Source: an uncultured Pseudomonadota bacterium (lineage in GTDB: Bacteria; Pseudomonadota; Alphaproteobacteria; RF32; CAG-239). From it: a stretch of DNA of 64,000 nt. How positions within the stretch are numbered: position 1 is the stretch's first letter; each line of letters starts with the position of its first letter. The notes beneath the pieces were generated by a model that was not told the DNA's origin, did no database searches, and saw nothing but the letters and a program-made list of their open reading frames with translations. Location: positions 8,816 to 72,815 of the forward strand of contig CASEQD010000003.1 in assembly GCA_949289935.1 (NCBI GenBank), in the 5' to 3' direction. Both the position numbers and the translations under genes were made by a program. Below are positions 10,205-20,367 of the stretch, piece after piece.

Positions 10205-10281
10205 ATCAATATCTTATTATTAACTAATAATCAAACAAATTCGGTTATTGTCATAAAAACAAAATTAAAGGAATTTTTTAA

Positions 10282-11781
10282 ATGCTGACGCTCAAACATC
10301 TGCCCATATTATCTTTTAATGAAAATCTCGCTTACCTTCACCGTGATTGTACAGCATATAAAGTGGATGACATTAATCAGCTGACAAAAATAGAAATTCA
10401 CGGCGGTTTAAAGACTGTTTATGCTTTTTTGCAGATTGTTGATGATGCCCGCCTGGTCAAGCCTAATGAAATTGCTCTGAATACGGAAGCTTTCAAAATG
10501 ACAAATCTGCCGGAAGGCGCAAAGGTTTCCATTACGCTTTCGGCTCCGCCGCCGAGCCTGAATTCCATTAAACGAAAAATAGCCGGTAATGTTCTGAGTT
10601 CGGGAGAATACAGCGCCATTGTCAATGATATTGCTTCCAAACGTTATTCTAATATGGATATTGTTTCTTTTCTGGTGGCTTCCGGTTCTTTTATGTCGGC
10701 GCCGGAAGTCCTTTCCCTGACCGAAGCACTTATCGGAGACAGAGTAATTTCATGGGATAAAGAATCGATTGTTGCAGATCACCACTGTCTGGGAGGCGTT
10801 CCGGGAAACAAAACAGATTTGATTGTTACGCCCATTGTTGCAGCTTACGGGCTTTCCATTCCCAAAACGGCATCTTATTCGCTGACTTCCTGCGCCGGCG
10901 TGGCCGATACGATGAGTGTTCTGGCCAATGTTGATTTTGACGAGGAAAACCTGAAAGAACTCATTGAACAAAACCGGGGCGCCATTGTCAGTTACAATGC
11001 CCTGGACATTGCCCGGGCAAACAAAATCGTCGGCAATGTCGAACGGCAAATAAGCATTACTCAGCCGGAACATATCACGGCATCTATTTTGGCCATAAAA
11101 ATGGCAGCGGGTATTACGCATCTGCTGATTGATATTCCCGTCGGTCCCAAATCCCGCATAAAAAATACAAACGAAGCCATGCGGCTGCGAAAACTTATGG
11201 AATATGTCGGCGATATGCTTTCCATTGAAATCGATGCCGTTATTACCGACGGAAGCGAACCCATCGGTAACGGCGTCGGCGCTGTTTTGGAAGCCCGCGA
11301 TGTGATGAAAGTTTTAAGCAATAAAAAAGATGCGCCTCAGGATTTAAGAGAAAAGTCATTGTTTTTGGCCGGAAGGATGCTTGAATTTGATCCAAAGCTG
11401 CGCGGCGGGCAGGGATATGCCGCTGCTCAGGAAATTCTTGATTCGGGACAGGCTTTGGAAATGATGAACCGCATTATCAAAGCTCAGGGGCAAAAAGATC
11501 CTCAGCAGCCCGGCAAACTGACTCGCGATGTTGTGGCTAATGTTAACGGCGTGGTTGATGCCATTGATAATTCACGCATTAATAAAATCGGCGTTTTAGC
11601 CGGTGCAACACAATATCCCGGCGCCGGAATTGATTTGTTGAAAAAAGTCGGAGATTCCGTTTATCAGGGTGAAACCCTTTTCAGAATTCATTCCTGCAAT
11701 TCTACCGATTTTGCTTTTGCAAACTCTGTTGTCGACGGCTATAACGGTTATGAAATTACGCCGCAGGACGATGAGGATTAA
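10282..11781 (+). CDS. Thymidine/AMP phosphorylase family protein (long form with N-terminal extension)
   Basis: Glycosyl-transferase family 3 / pyrimidine-nucleoside phosphorylase core (…CLGGVPGNKTDL…, …SGRGLGHTGGT-like region); about 500 aa. Confidence 0.65.
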   Translation: MLTLKHLPILSFNENLAYLHRDCTAYKVDDINQLTKIEIHGGLKTVYAFLQIVDDARLVKPNEIALNTEAFKMTNLPEGAKVSITLSAPPPSLNSIKRKIAGNVLSSGEYSAIVNDIASKRYSNMDIVSFLVASGSFMSAPEVLSLTEALIGDRVISWDKESIVADHHCLGGVPGNKTDLIVTPIVAAYGLSIPKTASYSLTSCAGVADTMSVLANVDFDEENLKELIEQNRGAIVSYNALDIARANKIVGNVERQISITQPEHITASILAIKMAAGITHLLIDIPVGPKSRIKNTNEAMRLRKLMEYVGDMLSIEIDAVITDGSEPIGNGVGAVLEARDVMKVLSNKKDAPQDLREKSLFLAGRMLEFDPKLRGGQGYAAAQEILDSGQALEMMNRIIKAQGQKDPQQPGKLTRDVVANVNGVVDAIDNSRINKIGVLAGATQYPGAGIDLLKKVGDSVYQGETLFRIHSCNSTDFAFANSVVDGYNGYEITPQDDED

Positions 11782-12738
11782 ATGAACAAATTACGAATTG
11801 CCGTTATCGGCGCCGGGCGGATGGGAACAAAACACATCGGCAACCTTTCCGCTTATTTTAAAGATAATGCCGAAATTGCCGGTATTCTTTGTTCTTCACC
11901 GGAAACATCCGAAGAGAAAGCAAAAAAATTTCACCTTCCTTTTTTTAACAGTATTGATGATATCAGCAAAGAAAACGTTGACGGCGTTATTATTGCCGCA
12001 CCGGCTCAAAAACATACTTTTCTCGGACGGCAGATTTTGAAGAAGGGCATCCCCTGCCTGATTGAAAAACCGTTGACAACAAATGTTTCAGAAGCAAAAG
12101 ATTTGTTTCAGACCGCCGAAGAAAACAACACGTTTGTTCTGCCCGGCTATATTGAACATTACAACCCGACATATCAGGCTCTTAAAAGAGCCATCGCCCT
12201 TCCCTTCCGTACAGTTAAAGCTTATCGCGTCGATAATTTTGAAAAGCGCAAATATGATGCCGACATTATTTTGGAACTGATGATTCATGATATCAGCATT
12301 ATTCTTGATTTGATGCCGCGGCGGCATTCCGTTCTCAGCGCCCAAATGATGAAAAAAAATCATTGGGAAAACGATGCCAAAGTTAAAATAGCCTATTCCA
12401 GCTCCTGTTTTGCAGAGCTGGTGGCCAGTCGTCTGTCTCCCGTCAGAGACAGACGTATGCTGATTAAGGATCATAATTATGATTTTTGGGAAATTGACTT
12501 TTTAAACGGTACAATTATCCGCAACAATATTAAAGTACATGAACATAAGACTTCCGAAACATCTCTGCAAAAAGAACTGCGTAATTTTCTTAATGCCATC
12601 CGGGGAACGGAAAAACCTCTCGTTTCTCCTTTTCTGGCCATCAATACTTTGCGGACAGCCCTTAATTTGCAACGCTGCTGCAGAGAAGAAGAAATAAAAC
12701 AAAAACAAACCCACCGCTCTCTGGTCGAAAATTTATAA
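11782..12738 (+). CDS. Gfo/Idh/MocA-family NAD(P)-dependent oxidoreductase
   Basis: N-terminal Rossmann IAVIGAGRMG and a GFO_IDH_MocA-like layout. Its start codon directly follows the stop of the upstream gene, suggesting translational coupling. Confidence 0.7.
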   Translation: MNKLRIAVIGAGRMGTKHIGNLSAYFKDNAEIAGILCSSPETSEEKAKKFHLPFFNSIDDISKENVDGVIIAAPAQKHTFLGRQILKKGIPCLIEKPLTTNVSEAKDLFQTAEENNTFVLPGYIEHYNPTYQALKRAIALPFRTVKAYRVDNFEKRKYDADIILELMIHDISIILDLMPRRHSVLSAQMMKKNHWENDAKVKIAYSSSCFAELVASRLSPVRDRRMLIKDHNYDFWEIDFLNGTIIRNNIKVHEHKTSETSLQKELRNFLNAIRGTEKPLVSPFLAINTLRTALNLQRCCREEEIKQKQTHRSLVENL

Positions 12739-12754
12739 AAAAATTTGTTTTGCC

Positions 12755-12790
12755 TCTTGCTTCGGGCTTTGTTGCCTCTTATATAAAGTT
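12755..12790 (+). promoter_or_regulatory. Probable RpoH (sigma-32) type heat-shock promoter of dnaK
   Basis: CTTG at 12756-12759, an 18 nt spacer, then CTTATAT at 12778-12784. This matches the alphaproteobacterial RpoH consensus CTTG-N17/18-CYTATNT, about 45 nt upstream of dnaK. Confidence 0.45.
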
Positions 12791-12831
12791 GTAGACAGAG
12801 AAAATTGTTTAATTAACAAAGGATATGAAAC

Positions 12832-14745
12832 ATGAGCAACAAAGTTCTTGGTATTGATCTGGGTACGACAAACTCCTGCTTTGCCGTGATGGACGGCAAA
12901 GATCCCAAGGTTTTGGAAAACAGCGAGGGCGCAAGAACAACGCCTTCCATGGTTGCCTTTACGGATACGGAAAGACTGGTCGGCGCAGCCGCAAAACGTC
13001 AGGCCGTAACCAACCCCGAAAACACCCTGTTTGCCATCAAACGTTTAATCGGACGCCGTTATAATTCTCCGGAAGTCGAAAAGGATAAAAAACTTGTTCC
13101 TTTTAAGATTATTGAAGGGGACAACGGCGACGCCTGGGTAGAGGTTAAAGGACAGAAATATGCCCCATCCCAGATTTCAGCCATCGTTTTACAAAAAATC
13201 AAAGAATATGCCGAAAGCTATTTGGGCGAGAAAATAGAGAAGGCCGTCATTACCGTTCCTGCTTATTTTAATGATTCCCAACGTCAGGCGACAAAAGACG
13301 CCGGAAAAATCGCAGGGCTTGATGTTTTGCGCATCATTAACGAACCGACGGCGGCCGCATTGGCTTACGGTATGGACAAGAAAGCTTCCGGTACGATTGC
13401 CGTTTACGATCTCGGCGGCGGTACGTTTGATATTTCCATTCTGGAAATCGGCGACGGCGTCTTTGAAGTTAAATCCACCAACGGCGATACTTTCCTCGGC
13501 GGCGAAGACTTTGACCAGAGGCTGGTTAACTATCTGAATGATGAGTTCAAAAAAGAAAGCGGCATTGATTTGAAAAATGACCGTTTGGCTTTGCAACGTT
13601 TGAAAGAAGCTGCCGAAAAAGCAAAAATCGAATTGTCTTCGGCAACCCAGACGGAAATTAACCTGCCGTTCATTACTGCCGATGCAACAGGTCCGAAGCA
13701 TCTGAATATCAAATTGACAAGGGCAAAATTGGAATCCCTGGTTGAAGATTTGATTGACCGGACGGTTGAACCCTGCCGCAAGGCTTTGGCCGATGCCGGT
13801 TTGAAAGCCAGCGAAATCAGCGAAGTCATTCTGGTCGGCGGTATGACCCGTATGCCGAAGGTTCAGGAAAAAGTTAAAGAAATTTTCGGAAAAGAACCGC
13901 ATAAAGGCGTTAACCCGGATGAAGTCGTCGCCATGGGCGCCGCTATTCAGGGCGGTGTTTTGGTCGGCGACGTCAAAGATGTTTTGTTGCTGGACGTTAC
14001 CCCGTTGTCTTTGGGTATTGAAACGCTGGGCGGCGTGTTTACCCGGCTGATTGACCGCAACACAACTATTCCGACGCGCAAATCACAGGTCTTTTCAACG
14101 GCCGAAGACGGACAGACTGCCGTTACCATCCGCGTCTTTCAGGGTGAACGTGAAATGGCGGCGGACAACAAGCTGCTCGGACAGTTTGATTTGGTCGGTA
14201 TTCCGCCGGCACCGCGCGGCATGCCCCAGATTGAAGTTACTTTCGATATTGATGCAAACGGTATTGTCAATGTTTCGGCAAAAGATAAAGCCACCAACAA
14301 AGAGCAGGCCATCCGCATTCAGGCCAGCGGCGGTTTGTCTGATGCCGACATCGAAAAAATGGTAAAAGATGCCGAAGCCAATGCCGAAGCCGACAAACGT
14401 AAAAAAGAGCTGGTTGAAGCCAAAAACCAGGCTGAGGGTTTGATTAACTCGACGGAAAAAACGCTGAAAGAACACGGCGATAAAATCAGCCCGGCAGAGA
14501 AATCAGCTATAGAAACAGCCGTCGGCGAGCTGAAAACCGCAATTGAAGCCGAAGACATGACTGTTATCAAAGAAAAAACCGAAGCTTTGATGCAGGCTTC
14601 AATGAAACTTGGTGAAGCCATGTATAAAGCTCAACAGTCTCAAACTCAGCAAGGTGCTGCCCAAGGGCCTGATGCCGGAGCTTCCGGCGCCGAGCAGCCG
14701 AAAGACGAAAAGGTCGTTGACGCTGATTTTGAAGAAGTCAAATAA
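12832..14745 (+). CDS. dnaK: Molecular chaperone DnaK (Hsp70)
   Basis: [18 protein letters not shown], and a full-length 637 aa Hsp70. Confidence 0.97.
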   Translation: MSNKVLGIDLGTTNSCFAVMDGKDPKVLENSEGARTTPSMVAFTDTERLVGAAAKRQAVTNPENTLFAIKRLIGRRYNSPEVEKDKKLVPFKIIEGDNGDAWVEVKGQKYAPSQISAIVLQKIKEYAESYLGEKIEKAVITVPAYFNDSQRQATKDAGKIAGLDVLRIINEPTAAALAYGMDKKASGTIAVYDLGGGTFDISILEIGDGVFEVKSTNGDTFLGGEDFDQRLVNYLNDEFKKESGIDLKNDRLALQRLKEAAEKAKIELSSATQTEINLPFITADATGPKHLNIKLTRAKLESLVEDLIDRTVEPCRKALADAGLKASEISEVILVGGMTRMPKVQEKVKEIFGKEPHKGVNPDEVVAMGAAIQGGVLVGDVKDVLLLDVTPLSLGIETLGGVFTRLIDRNTTIPTRKSQVFSTAEDGQTAVTIRVFQGEREMAADNKLLGQFDLVGIPPAPRGMPQIEVTFDIDANGIVNVSAKDKATNKEQAIRIQASGGLSDADIEKMVKDAEANAEADKRKKELVEAKNQAEGLINSTEKTLKEHGDKISPAEKSAIETAVGELKTAIEAEDMTVIKEKTEALMQASMKLGEAMYKAQQSQTQQGAAQGPDAGASGAEQPKDEKVVDADFEEVK

Positions 14746-14762
14746 TTTCCGGTTTGAAAAAA

Positions 14763-14798
14763 ATACCGTCCGTATAAAACGGGCGGTATTTTTGTTTG
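14763..14798 (+). terminator. Rho-independent terminator after dnaK
   Basis: ATACCGTCCG...CGGGCGGTAT hairpin plus TTTTGTTTG. Confidence 0.65.
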
Positions 14799-14893
14799 CA
14801 GCAGTTTTTCTTTACAAAAAAGCTTGCGTTTTGATACAAAACTTCCTAAATAAGGGTTAAAGATTAATCTGATGAATTTAATGAAGTGAAAAC

Positions 14894-16042
14894 ATGACTA
14901 CCGAAAAAGATTATTACGAACTTCTGGAAGTGGCAAAAACAGCCAGCGGCGACGAAATCAAAAAATCTTATCATCGGCTGGCGATGAAATATCATCCGGA
15001 CAGAAATCCCGGAGATAAAGACGCCGAGGCAAAGTTCAAAGAAATTAACGAAGCTTATGATGTTTTGAAAGACGAGCAAAAGCGCGCCGCTTATGATCGT
15101 TACGGACATCAGGCCTTTGCCAACGGAGGAATGGGCGGCGGAAATCCGTTCAACGGATTTGATTTTAATTTCGGCGGTGGTTTTTCCGATATTTTTTCCG
15201 ATGTTTTTTCGGAATTTATGGGCGGCGGGCGGCAAAATTCCAAAAAGGCCGCTTATGCCCAGGACGGCGCCGATATTCGTTATAATCTGGAAATTACACT
15301 GGAAGAAGCTTTTACCGGTGTTGAAAAGGAAATCAAAATTCCGTCAACGAAAGAATGCGAAACCTGTCACGGACACGGAACCGCCGACGGCAAAGAAGCC
15401 CCGGCCTGTCCTTATTGCCACGGCAGCGGAAAAATCCGCACCCAGCACGGTTTTATGCTGGTGGAAACTTATTGCCCGCACTGTCACGGCGAAGGCCGTC
15501 TGGTAAAAGATGTTTGCAAAACCTGCCATGGCGAAGGGATTATTCATAATGAAAAAGTTTTGAAAATCAAAATTCCGGCCGGGGTGGAAGACAATACCCG
15601 GATGAGGGTTCCAAATGAAGGGCAAAGCGGCATCCGCGGCGGTGAAAACGGCGATTTGTATGTGTTTATATCGGTTAAAGAACATAAGCTTTTTATCCGC
15701 GACGGCGCCAGTTTGTTTGTGCGGGTACCCATTTCCATGACCTGTGCCGCATTGGGCGGAAAAATAGAAATTCCGGGAATCGATGGTGAAAAAATCGAGA
15801 TTGACGTTGCGTCCGGCACTCAAAATGACCAGCAGAAAAAAGTAAACGGCAAAGGCATGAGTGTTATCCGCTCGTCACGGCGCGGGGATTTGTTTGTTAA
15901 ATTCAGGGTAGAAACGCCGACGAATCTGACAGTCCGCCAGAAAGAACTGCTGGAAGAATTTCGCGAAATCAGCAAAGACGAAAACTGCCAGCCGGAAGCC
16001 AAAAGCTTTTTTGACAAGATAAAAGATTTGTTTGTGGCCTGA
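14894..16042 (+). CDS. dnaJ: Molecular chaperone DnaJ
   Basis: J-domain with HPD (YHPDRN), a G/F-rich region, and four CxxCxGxG zinc-finger repeats. Confidence 0.97.
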   Translation: MTTEKDYYELLEVAKTASGDEIKKSYHRLAMKYHPDRNPGDKDAEAKFKEINEAYDVLKDEQKRAAYDRYGHQAFANGGMGGGNPFNGFDFNFGGGFSDIFSDVFSEFMGGGRQNSKKAAYAQDGADIRYNLEITLEEAFTGVEKEIKIPSTKECETCHGHGTADGKEAPACPYCHGSGKIRTQHGFMLVETYCPHCHGEGRLVKDVCKTCHGEGIIHNEKVLKIKIPAGVEDNTRMRVPNEGQSGIRGGENGDLYVFISVKEHKLFIRDGASLFVRVPISMTCAALGGKIEIPGIDGEKIEIDVASGTQNDQQKKVNGKGMSVIRSSRRGDLFVKFRVETPTNLTVRQKELLEEFREISKDENCQPEAKSFFDKIKDLFVA

Positions 16043-16055
16043 AATTAGAGACAAG

Positions 16056-16087
16056 AAAGCCTGCCCTGAAAAGCAGGCTTTTAATTT
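16056..16087. terminator. Bidirectional terminator hairpin between dnaJ and the convergent gene
   Basis: AAAGCCTGC-CCTGAAAA-GCAGGCTTT followed by T-rich sequence. Confidence 0.55.
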
Positions 16088-16103
16088 GAGGTAATTTAAG
16101 ACA

Positions 16104-16886
16104 TTAAAATTCGATGACAGGATAAACATAACGGGAAAAATCCGCAGGGTCATTGCTCAACCCTCCTTGAACAGTTCCTCCATCAATTGACATAAAAAAC
16201 CAAACTTCACTGGTACCTTTATAGCCTATCGTTGATGACCAACTGTTAGGACTTTCTGAAAATTTTTTGCTTCCGCCAAGTTTGGATATGGTATTGTCTA
16301 TAACAGCCATATTGGTGTAAACACTGTTCCAAACTCCCGCAGCCGGCAGGCACCATTTACCTTTTGTCTTTGAAGCGGCGGATGGCGAATAGTTTTTTGC
16401 CGCCCAGGCTGCCGGATATTCATATGATGAACCTTCCTGCGTTATTTTTTGGGTGTTTCCGCAGCTGTCATAGTCTTTTATTGCCGATGTATAATTATCA
16501 TATCCCGGTAAATCAACCGAAATATAGCTGTCGTCACTTTTCCATTCATATGAACCTATCGAATTTGCAGTTATTGCCTGGCCGCAGTTGTCAGAACCGA
16601 TATATACCACAACGGCAAGCGGTTTTTTTCCGGAAACGATATCGGCGGAACAGGTTCCGTCTGAATTCAGAATATCTCCGATTTTGCAGTTTTTGGCGTA
16701 ACCGGTGCACTGACCGAGAACGGCGGCTTTCGGTTCTTCGGGCTGGCAGGCACCGTCTTTCCATTCGTATCCGTCTTCACAGTCTTTCGGGCAATAATAA
16801 TATTCTCCGAACGGGCATTTTAATCCCGGCGTTTTGCAGGAAGTTTTATTATAGCCCAAACTCACACAACACATTTCATTCTCCAC
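16104..16886 (-). CDS. Cys-rich protein, paralogue of the secreted protein at 26734-27642; N-terminally truncated (no signal peptide, GTG/ATG start immediately after a stop), possible pseudogene
   Basis: Shares LGY..TSC..G.KCPFG, GYEWKDG.CQ, GYAK.C..G..LNSDGTC, KKP...V.YI, CGQAI, DSCGNTQKI.Q.G, YPAAWAA, KG.WCLPAAGV and the C-terminal IEF with the paralogue. Confidence 0.55.
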   Translation of the reverse strand: MENEMCCVSLGYNKTSCKTPGLKCPFGEYYYCPKDCEDGYEWKDGACQPEEPKAAVLGQCTGYAKNCKIGDILNSDGTCSADIVSGKKPLAVVVYIGSDNCGQAITANSIGSYEWKSDDSYISVDLPGYDNYTSAIKDYDSCGNTQKITQEGSSYEYPAAWAAKNYSPSAASKTKGKWCLPAAGVWNSVYTNMAVIDNTISKLGGSKKFSESPNSWSSTIGYKGTSEVWFFMSIDGGTVQGGLSNDPADFSRYVYPVIEF

Positions 16887-17076
16887 ACTTTATTACTCTG
16901 GTTTTAGTGTAGCATGGATTTTGCTATTGTTCAATTACTAATTTTATGTGGAAGTGAAAAAAATAAAGAAGATTTTTCAGGATGCCGAAATCTATTTCAG
17001 AAAGAGAATTTGAAAAATATCTCTATTTATGGAGAAAAAAGAAATTTATTTGAGAAAAAAACAGGGGAATAACAAA

Positions 17077-18147
17077 TTATTTTGGTTCTTCTTTTTTGGA
17101 TTTGAGCTGGCCGCAGGCGGCAAGGATATCTTGTCCGCGGGCAACGCGAATCGGCGCAGCAAAGCGGTTCTTTTGCAATTCTTTGGAAAAAGCAATGATT
17201 TTGCTGCGGGAACTTGGCTCATAATCACAGCCCGGCCAGGGATTAAAAGCTATCAGATTAAATTTGGCATTAATCCTGAAACGGCGCATCAAATCCATCA
17301 GTTTGTGCGCATCTTCAAGAGAATCGTTAAAATCTTTCAGCATCAGATATTCAAAAGTTACAAAATGACTGCCGTCAAGCTGCTGATAGTCATGGCAGGC
17401 CTGCAAGACTTCCTCCAGCGGATATTTTTTGTTAATCGGCATAATCCGCGAACGTTTTTCGTTATCCGGCGCATGAAGACTGATTGCCAATTTGACGCCG
17501 GTTGTCTGGACAAGCGGAATGATATTCGGGGCAATTCCGGATGTGGACAAGGTTATCCGGCGGCGGGAAATGGAAATTCCTTCCCCATCCGTTAAAATTT
17601 TAAGGGCTTTAATGACATTGTCCAAATTTTGCAGCGGTTCACCCATACCCATAACTACAATATTTGACAAATAGCGTGTTTCGTCTTTAGGCGTCGGCCA
17701 TTCTTTGTAAACATCACGGGCAACCATAAACTGTCCGACAATTTCTCCGGCCGTCAGGTTGCGGGTGAGTTTCTGGCTGCCGGTGTGGCAGAATCTACAC
17801 CCCATTGCACAACCGACCTGCGTGGATATGCAAACAGCGCCACGGTCTTCTTCGGGAATATAAACCGTTTCAATGCGTTGTCCGTCCGAAAATTCCAACA
17901 GCCATTTATGGGTTTTGTCGACGGAAATCTGTTCTGCAACAATTTTCGGACGGGTAATGGTAAAATTTTCTGCCAGTTTTTCCCTTAATTCTTTTGAAAA
18001 ACTGGTCATAAGAGAAAAATCGGTTTCTCCATGGAAATACAGCCACTGCCAAAGCTGTTTGGCTCGAAAAGGCTTTTCACCGAGAGCAACTACGGCTTGC
18101 GTCAGTTCTTCCTTACTCAGTTCGGTCAGTTCTGTTTTTCCGGGCAT
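17077..18147 (-). CDS. rlmN: 23S rRNA/tRNA m2A methyltransferase RlmN (radical SAM)
   Basis: CxxxCxxC cluster CAMGCRFCHTG; MGMGEPL motif; about 356 aa. Confidence 0.92.
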   Translation of the reverse strand: MPGKTELTELSKEELTQAVVALGEKPFRAKQLWQWLYFHGETDFSLMTSFSKELREKLAENFTITRPKIVAEQISVDKTHKWLLEFSDGQRIETVYIPEEDRGAVCISTQVGCAMGCRFCHTGSQKLTRNLTAGEIVGQFMVARDVYKEWPTPKDETRYLSNIVVMGMGEPLQNLDNVIKALKILTDGEGISISRRRITLSTSGIAPNIIPLVQTTGVKLAISLHAPDNEKRSRIMPINKKYPLEEVLQACHDYQQLDGSHFVTFEYLMLKDFNDSLEDAHKLMDLMRRFRINAKFNLIAFNPWPGCDYEPSSRSKIIAFSKELQKNRFAAPIRVARGQDILAACGQLKSKKEEPK

Positions 18148-18148
18148 T

Positions 18149-18673
18149 TTATTTTCCGCATTTTAAACTGATGGCCTTATAGGCACCGGTAAATCCGTTT
18201 AACGAATAAGTATCCTTGGTTTCGGTTCCCCGAGACGAAGTTCCGCGGACAATCATTCTCTGCCCTTTTTTCATGGCATTGACAAGTTCTTTGTCGGCGG
18301 CGGCATTGACCGTCCAAGCTTTGTCTCCTTCCGTAAACAAATCATCAATGGTCGTGTTGCCGATTTTTACAACGACTTTGGCACCGGGTTTGTAGGTATA
18401 TCCGGCCACGAAATTAACAACATCAAAACTTTTTTCATAAGGACGGTGTGTTACAACAACATAGATATCTCCGCGCGCGGTATATTTTCCCTCGTCTTTT
18501 TTCGGGGCTGAGGCCATATAACAGATTTTTCCCTGCGGACTGTCGTAATAATAAGCAACCCAGTCTTTATATTCGCCAATCAACTGCGGTTTCTGCGCTG
18601 CGGCAAAAGTTTGTCCGGCTGTCAGCAAACATGTTGAAAAAATCATAAAATACTTTAATTTCATTTTAATCAT
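18149..18673 (-). CDS. Secreted protein, invasion-associated-locus-B (IalB)-like family
   Basis: 174 aa with signal peptide and WxxxC / conserved Cys pattern. Size and composition resemble IalB-family proteins of Rhizobiales; assignment is tentative. Confidence 0.4.
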   Translation of the reverse strand: MIKMKLKYFMIFSTCLLTAGQTFAAAQKPQLIGEYKDWVAYYYDSPQGKICYMASAPKKDEGKYTARGDIYVVVTHRPYEKSFDVVNFVAGYTYKPGAKVVVKIGNTTIDDLFTEGDKAWTVNAAADKELVNAMKKGQRMIVRGTSSRGTETKDTYSLNGFTGAYKAISLKCGK

Positions 18674-18769
18674 ACCAATATACTCACAAATCTTTTTTGA
18701 TTTCTTTACATAATAATTGAAAAATATATAAAAAATGTTAATTTCTTTTCAGCTTTCAGGATTTTCGGA

Positions 18770-20020
18770 ATGATCAGAGACAATTACATTGATATCAGCA
18801 AACTTGTTAAAAACAAGGGAATTTTTAAACTTTTCAGAACCGTTGAAAACCATGGCGGCGTTTTGCGCTTTGTGGGCGGCGCCGTAAGAGACACCCTTGC
18901 CGGCATAAGCAATTTTGACATTGACCTGGCAACAGATCTTTCTCCGGAAGAGCTTGTGGAAGCATGCGAAGAAAACGGATTGAAAACCGTTCCTATCGGC
19001 ATAAAATTCGGTACTGTCGGCGTTCTTATAAACAAGCAGCTGTTTGAAGTGACCTCCCTGCGCAAAGATGTTCAGACCGACGGAAGGCACGCCGAAGTGG
19101 AGTTTACCTCGGATTGGAATGCTGATGCTTCACGCCGCGATTTAACCATTAATGCCATTTATGCCGATGAAAAAGGAACCGTTTTTGACTATTATAACGG
19201 AATTGACGATTTGGAAAAAGGAATCGTCCGTTTTATCGGCAATGCCGGACAGCGTATTAAAGAAGATTATTTACGCATTTTGCGCTTTTTTCGTTTTTAT
19301 TCCATTTTCGGAAAAGGCAAAATCGACGATAAGGCTCTTAAAGCCTGCATTGAAAACAAAGACGGGCTGAGAAGCCTTTCAATTGAGAGAATCCGCAGCG
19401 AACTTGAGAAAATCATGCTGACTTCCAATGCCGTCAAAACTCTCAGGATTATGTTTGAAAATGAAATTCTTATTCATTTTCTGCCGACAGGAAAAAATCC
19501 GGAACAGCTGCAGTTTTTGATTAATCTGGTTGACAAGCACCATATTCCGCATGAATTTTTGCGGCGCTTTTTTATTTTATACGAACCAGATGAAAAACTG
19601 GCGGAAAATCTGGCCAACCGGCTGAAATTCAGCAACAAAGAAAAAGAACTTTTTGTCAGCTGGGCCGTTTATAACGATATTGTTTTGGAGGATTTCTTTT
19701 CTGCCGAATCCGTTAAAAAGCTTTTATATCAATACGGAAGAGAGTTTTGTTTCAACAAGTTTTTGATTCTTGCTTCTCTTGGAAAAAAAGAACCCGAAAA
19801 TTTTGATGAAATCGTTAATCAGATAAAGAATCTTGAAATTCCCGTTTTTTCTTTCAAAGGAAAAGACGTTATTGCCGCAGGGATTTCAGACCATCGCCAT
19901 ATCCGACAAATATTAAACCAGTTGGAAAAAATATGGATTGAAAGCGGTTTTACGCTCTCTTACAATGATTTGTCCGAACAAGCCGGCGTTTTGATTGCAA
20001 CCCTGGAAAAAGCAGGTTAA
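18770..20020 (+). CDS. CCA-adding tRNA nucleotidyltransferase / poly(A) polymerase family
   Basis: FVGGAVRD nucleotidyltransferase motif, a DxD region, and a C-terminal HD-like helical domain. Confidence 0.85.
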   Translation: MIRDNYIDISKLVKNKGIFKLFRTVENHGGVLRFVGGAVRDTLAGISNFDIDLATDLSPEELVEACEENGLKTVPIGIKFGTVGVLINKQLFEVTSLRKDVQTDGRHAEVEFTSDWNADASRRDLTINAIYADEKGTVFDYYNGIDDLEKGIVRFIGNAGQRIKEDYLRILRFFRFYSIFGKGKIDDKALKACIENKDGLRSLSIERIRSELEKIMLTSNAVKTLRIMFENEILIHFLPTGKNPEQLQFLINLVDKHHIPHEFLRRFFILYEPDEKLAENLANRLKFSNKEKELFVSWAVYNDIVLEDFFSAESVKKLLYQYGREFCFNKFLILASLGKKEPENFDEIVNQIKNLEIPVFSFKGKDVIAAGISDHRHIRQILNQLEKIWIESGFTLSYNDLSEQAGVLIATLEKAG

Positions 20021-20367
20021 AATGCATTTTTGATGTGTTTTATCTGAAAAGGAAAACAGATTAAAACAACGTCAAACCGGATATCACAGCCTTGAAAGCG
20101 GCTTTGTCCGGCCAAAAAGTTTTCCGCAGCACGACGAATGCGTTTTATTTGTTTCGGCTTAAGCGCTTCAGCGGCCGTTTCCATATCCCGGCGTTTTTTT
20201 ACTTCGACAAAAACGATTGTTTTTCCCCGCCGGGCAATAAAGTCTATTTCCCCTGCTCCCGTTCTTCTGCCGGTGACATAGTTTTTGGCAATAATACCGT
20301 ATCCCTGAACTCGAAAAAACTGACGCGCCATAAACTCGGCCAAATGTCCGGAAAAATTATTTTTCAT
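20017..20367 (-). CDS. yraN: YraN (UPF0102) family endonuclease-like protein
   Basis: About 116 aa with GE.D..A motif (GEIDFIAR). Conserved synteny next to rsmI. Confidence 0.75.
   Translation of the reverse strand: MKNNFSGHLAEFMARQFFRVQGYGIIAKNYVTGRRTGAGEIDFIARRGKTIVFVEVKKRRDMETAAEALKPKQIKRIRRAAENFLAGQSRFQGCDIRFDVVLICFPFQIKHIKNAF

Noticed and set aside
13189-13902. Several antisense ORFs inside dnaK, dnaJ, dnaX, lptD and others (for example 13189-13902, 15344-15823, 24133-24771, 63116-63613)
   Set aside because: They lie opposite strongly supported conserved genes, have shadow-frame composition and show no motifs.
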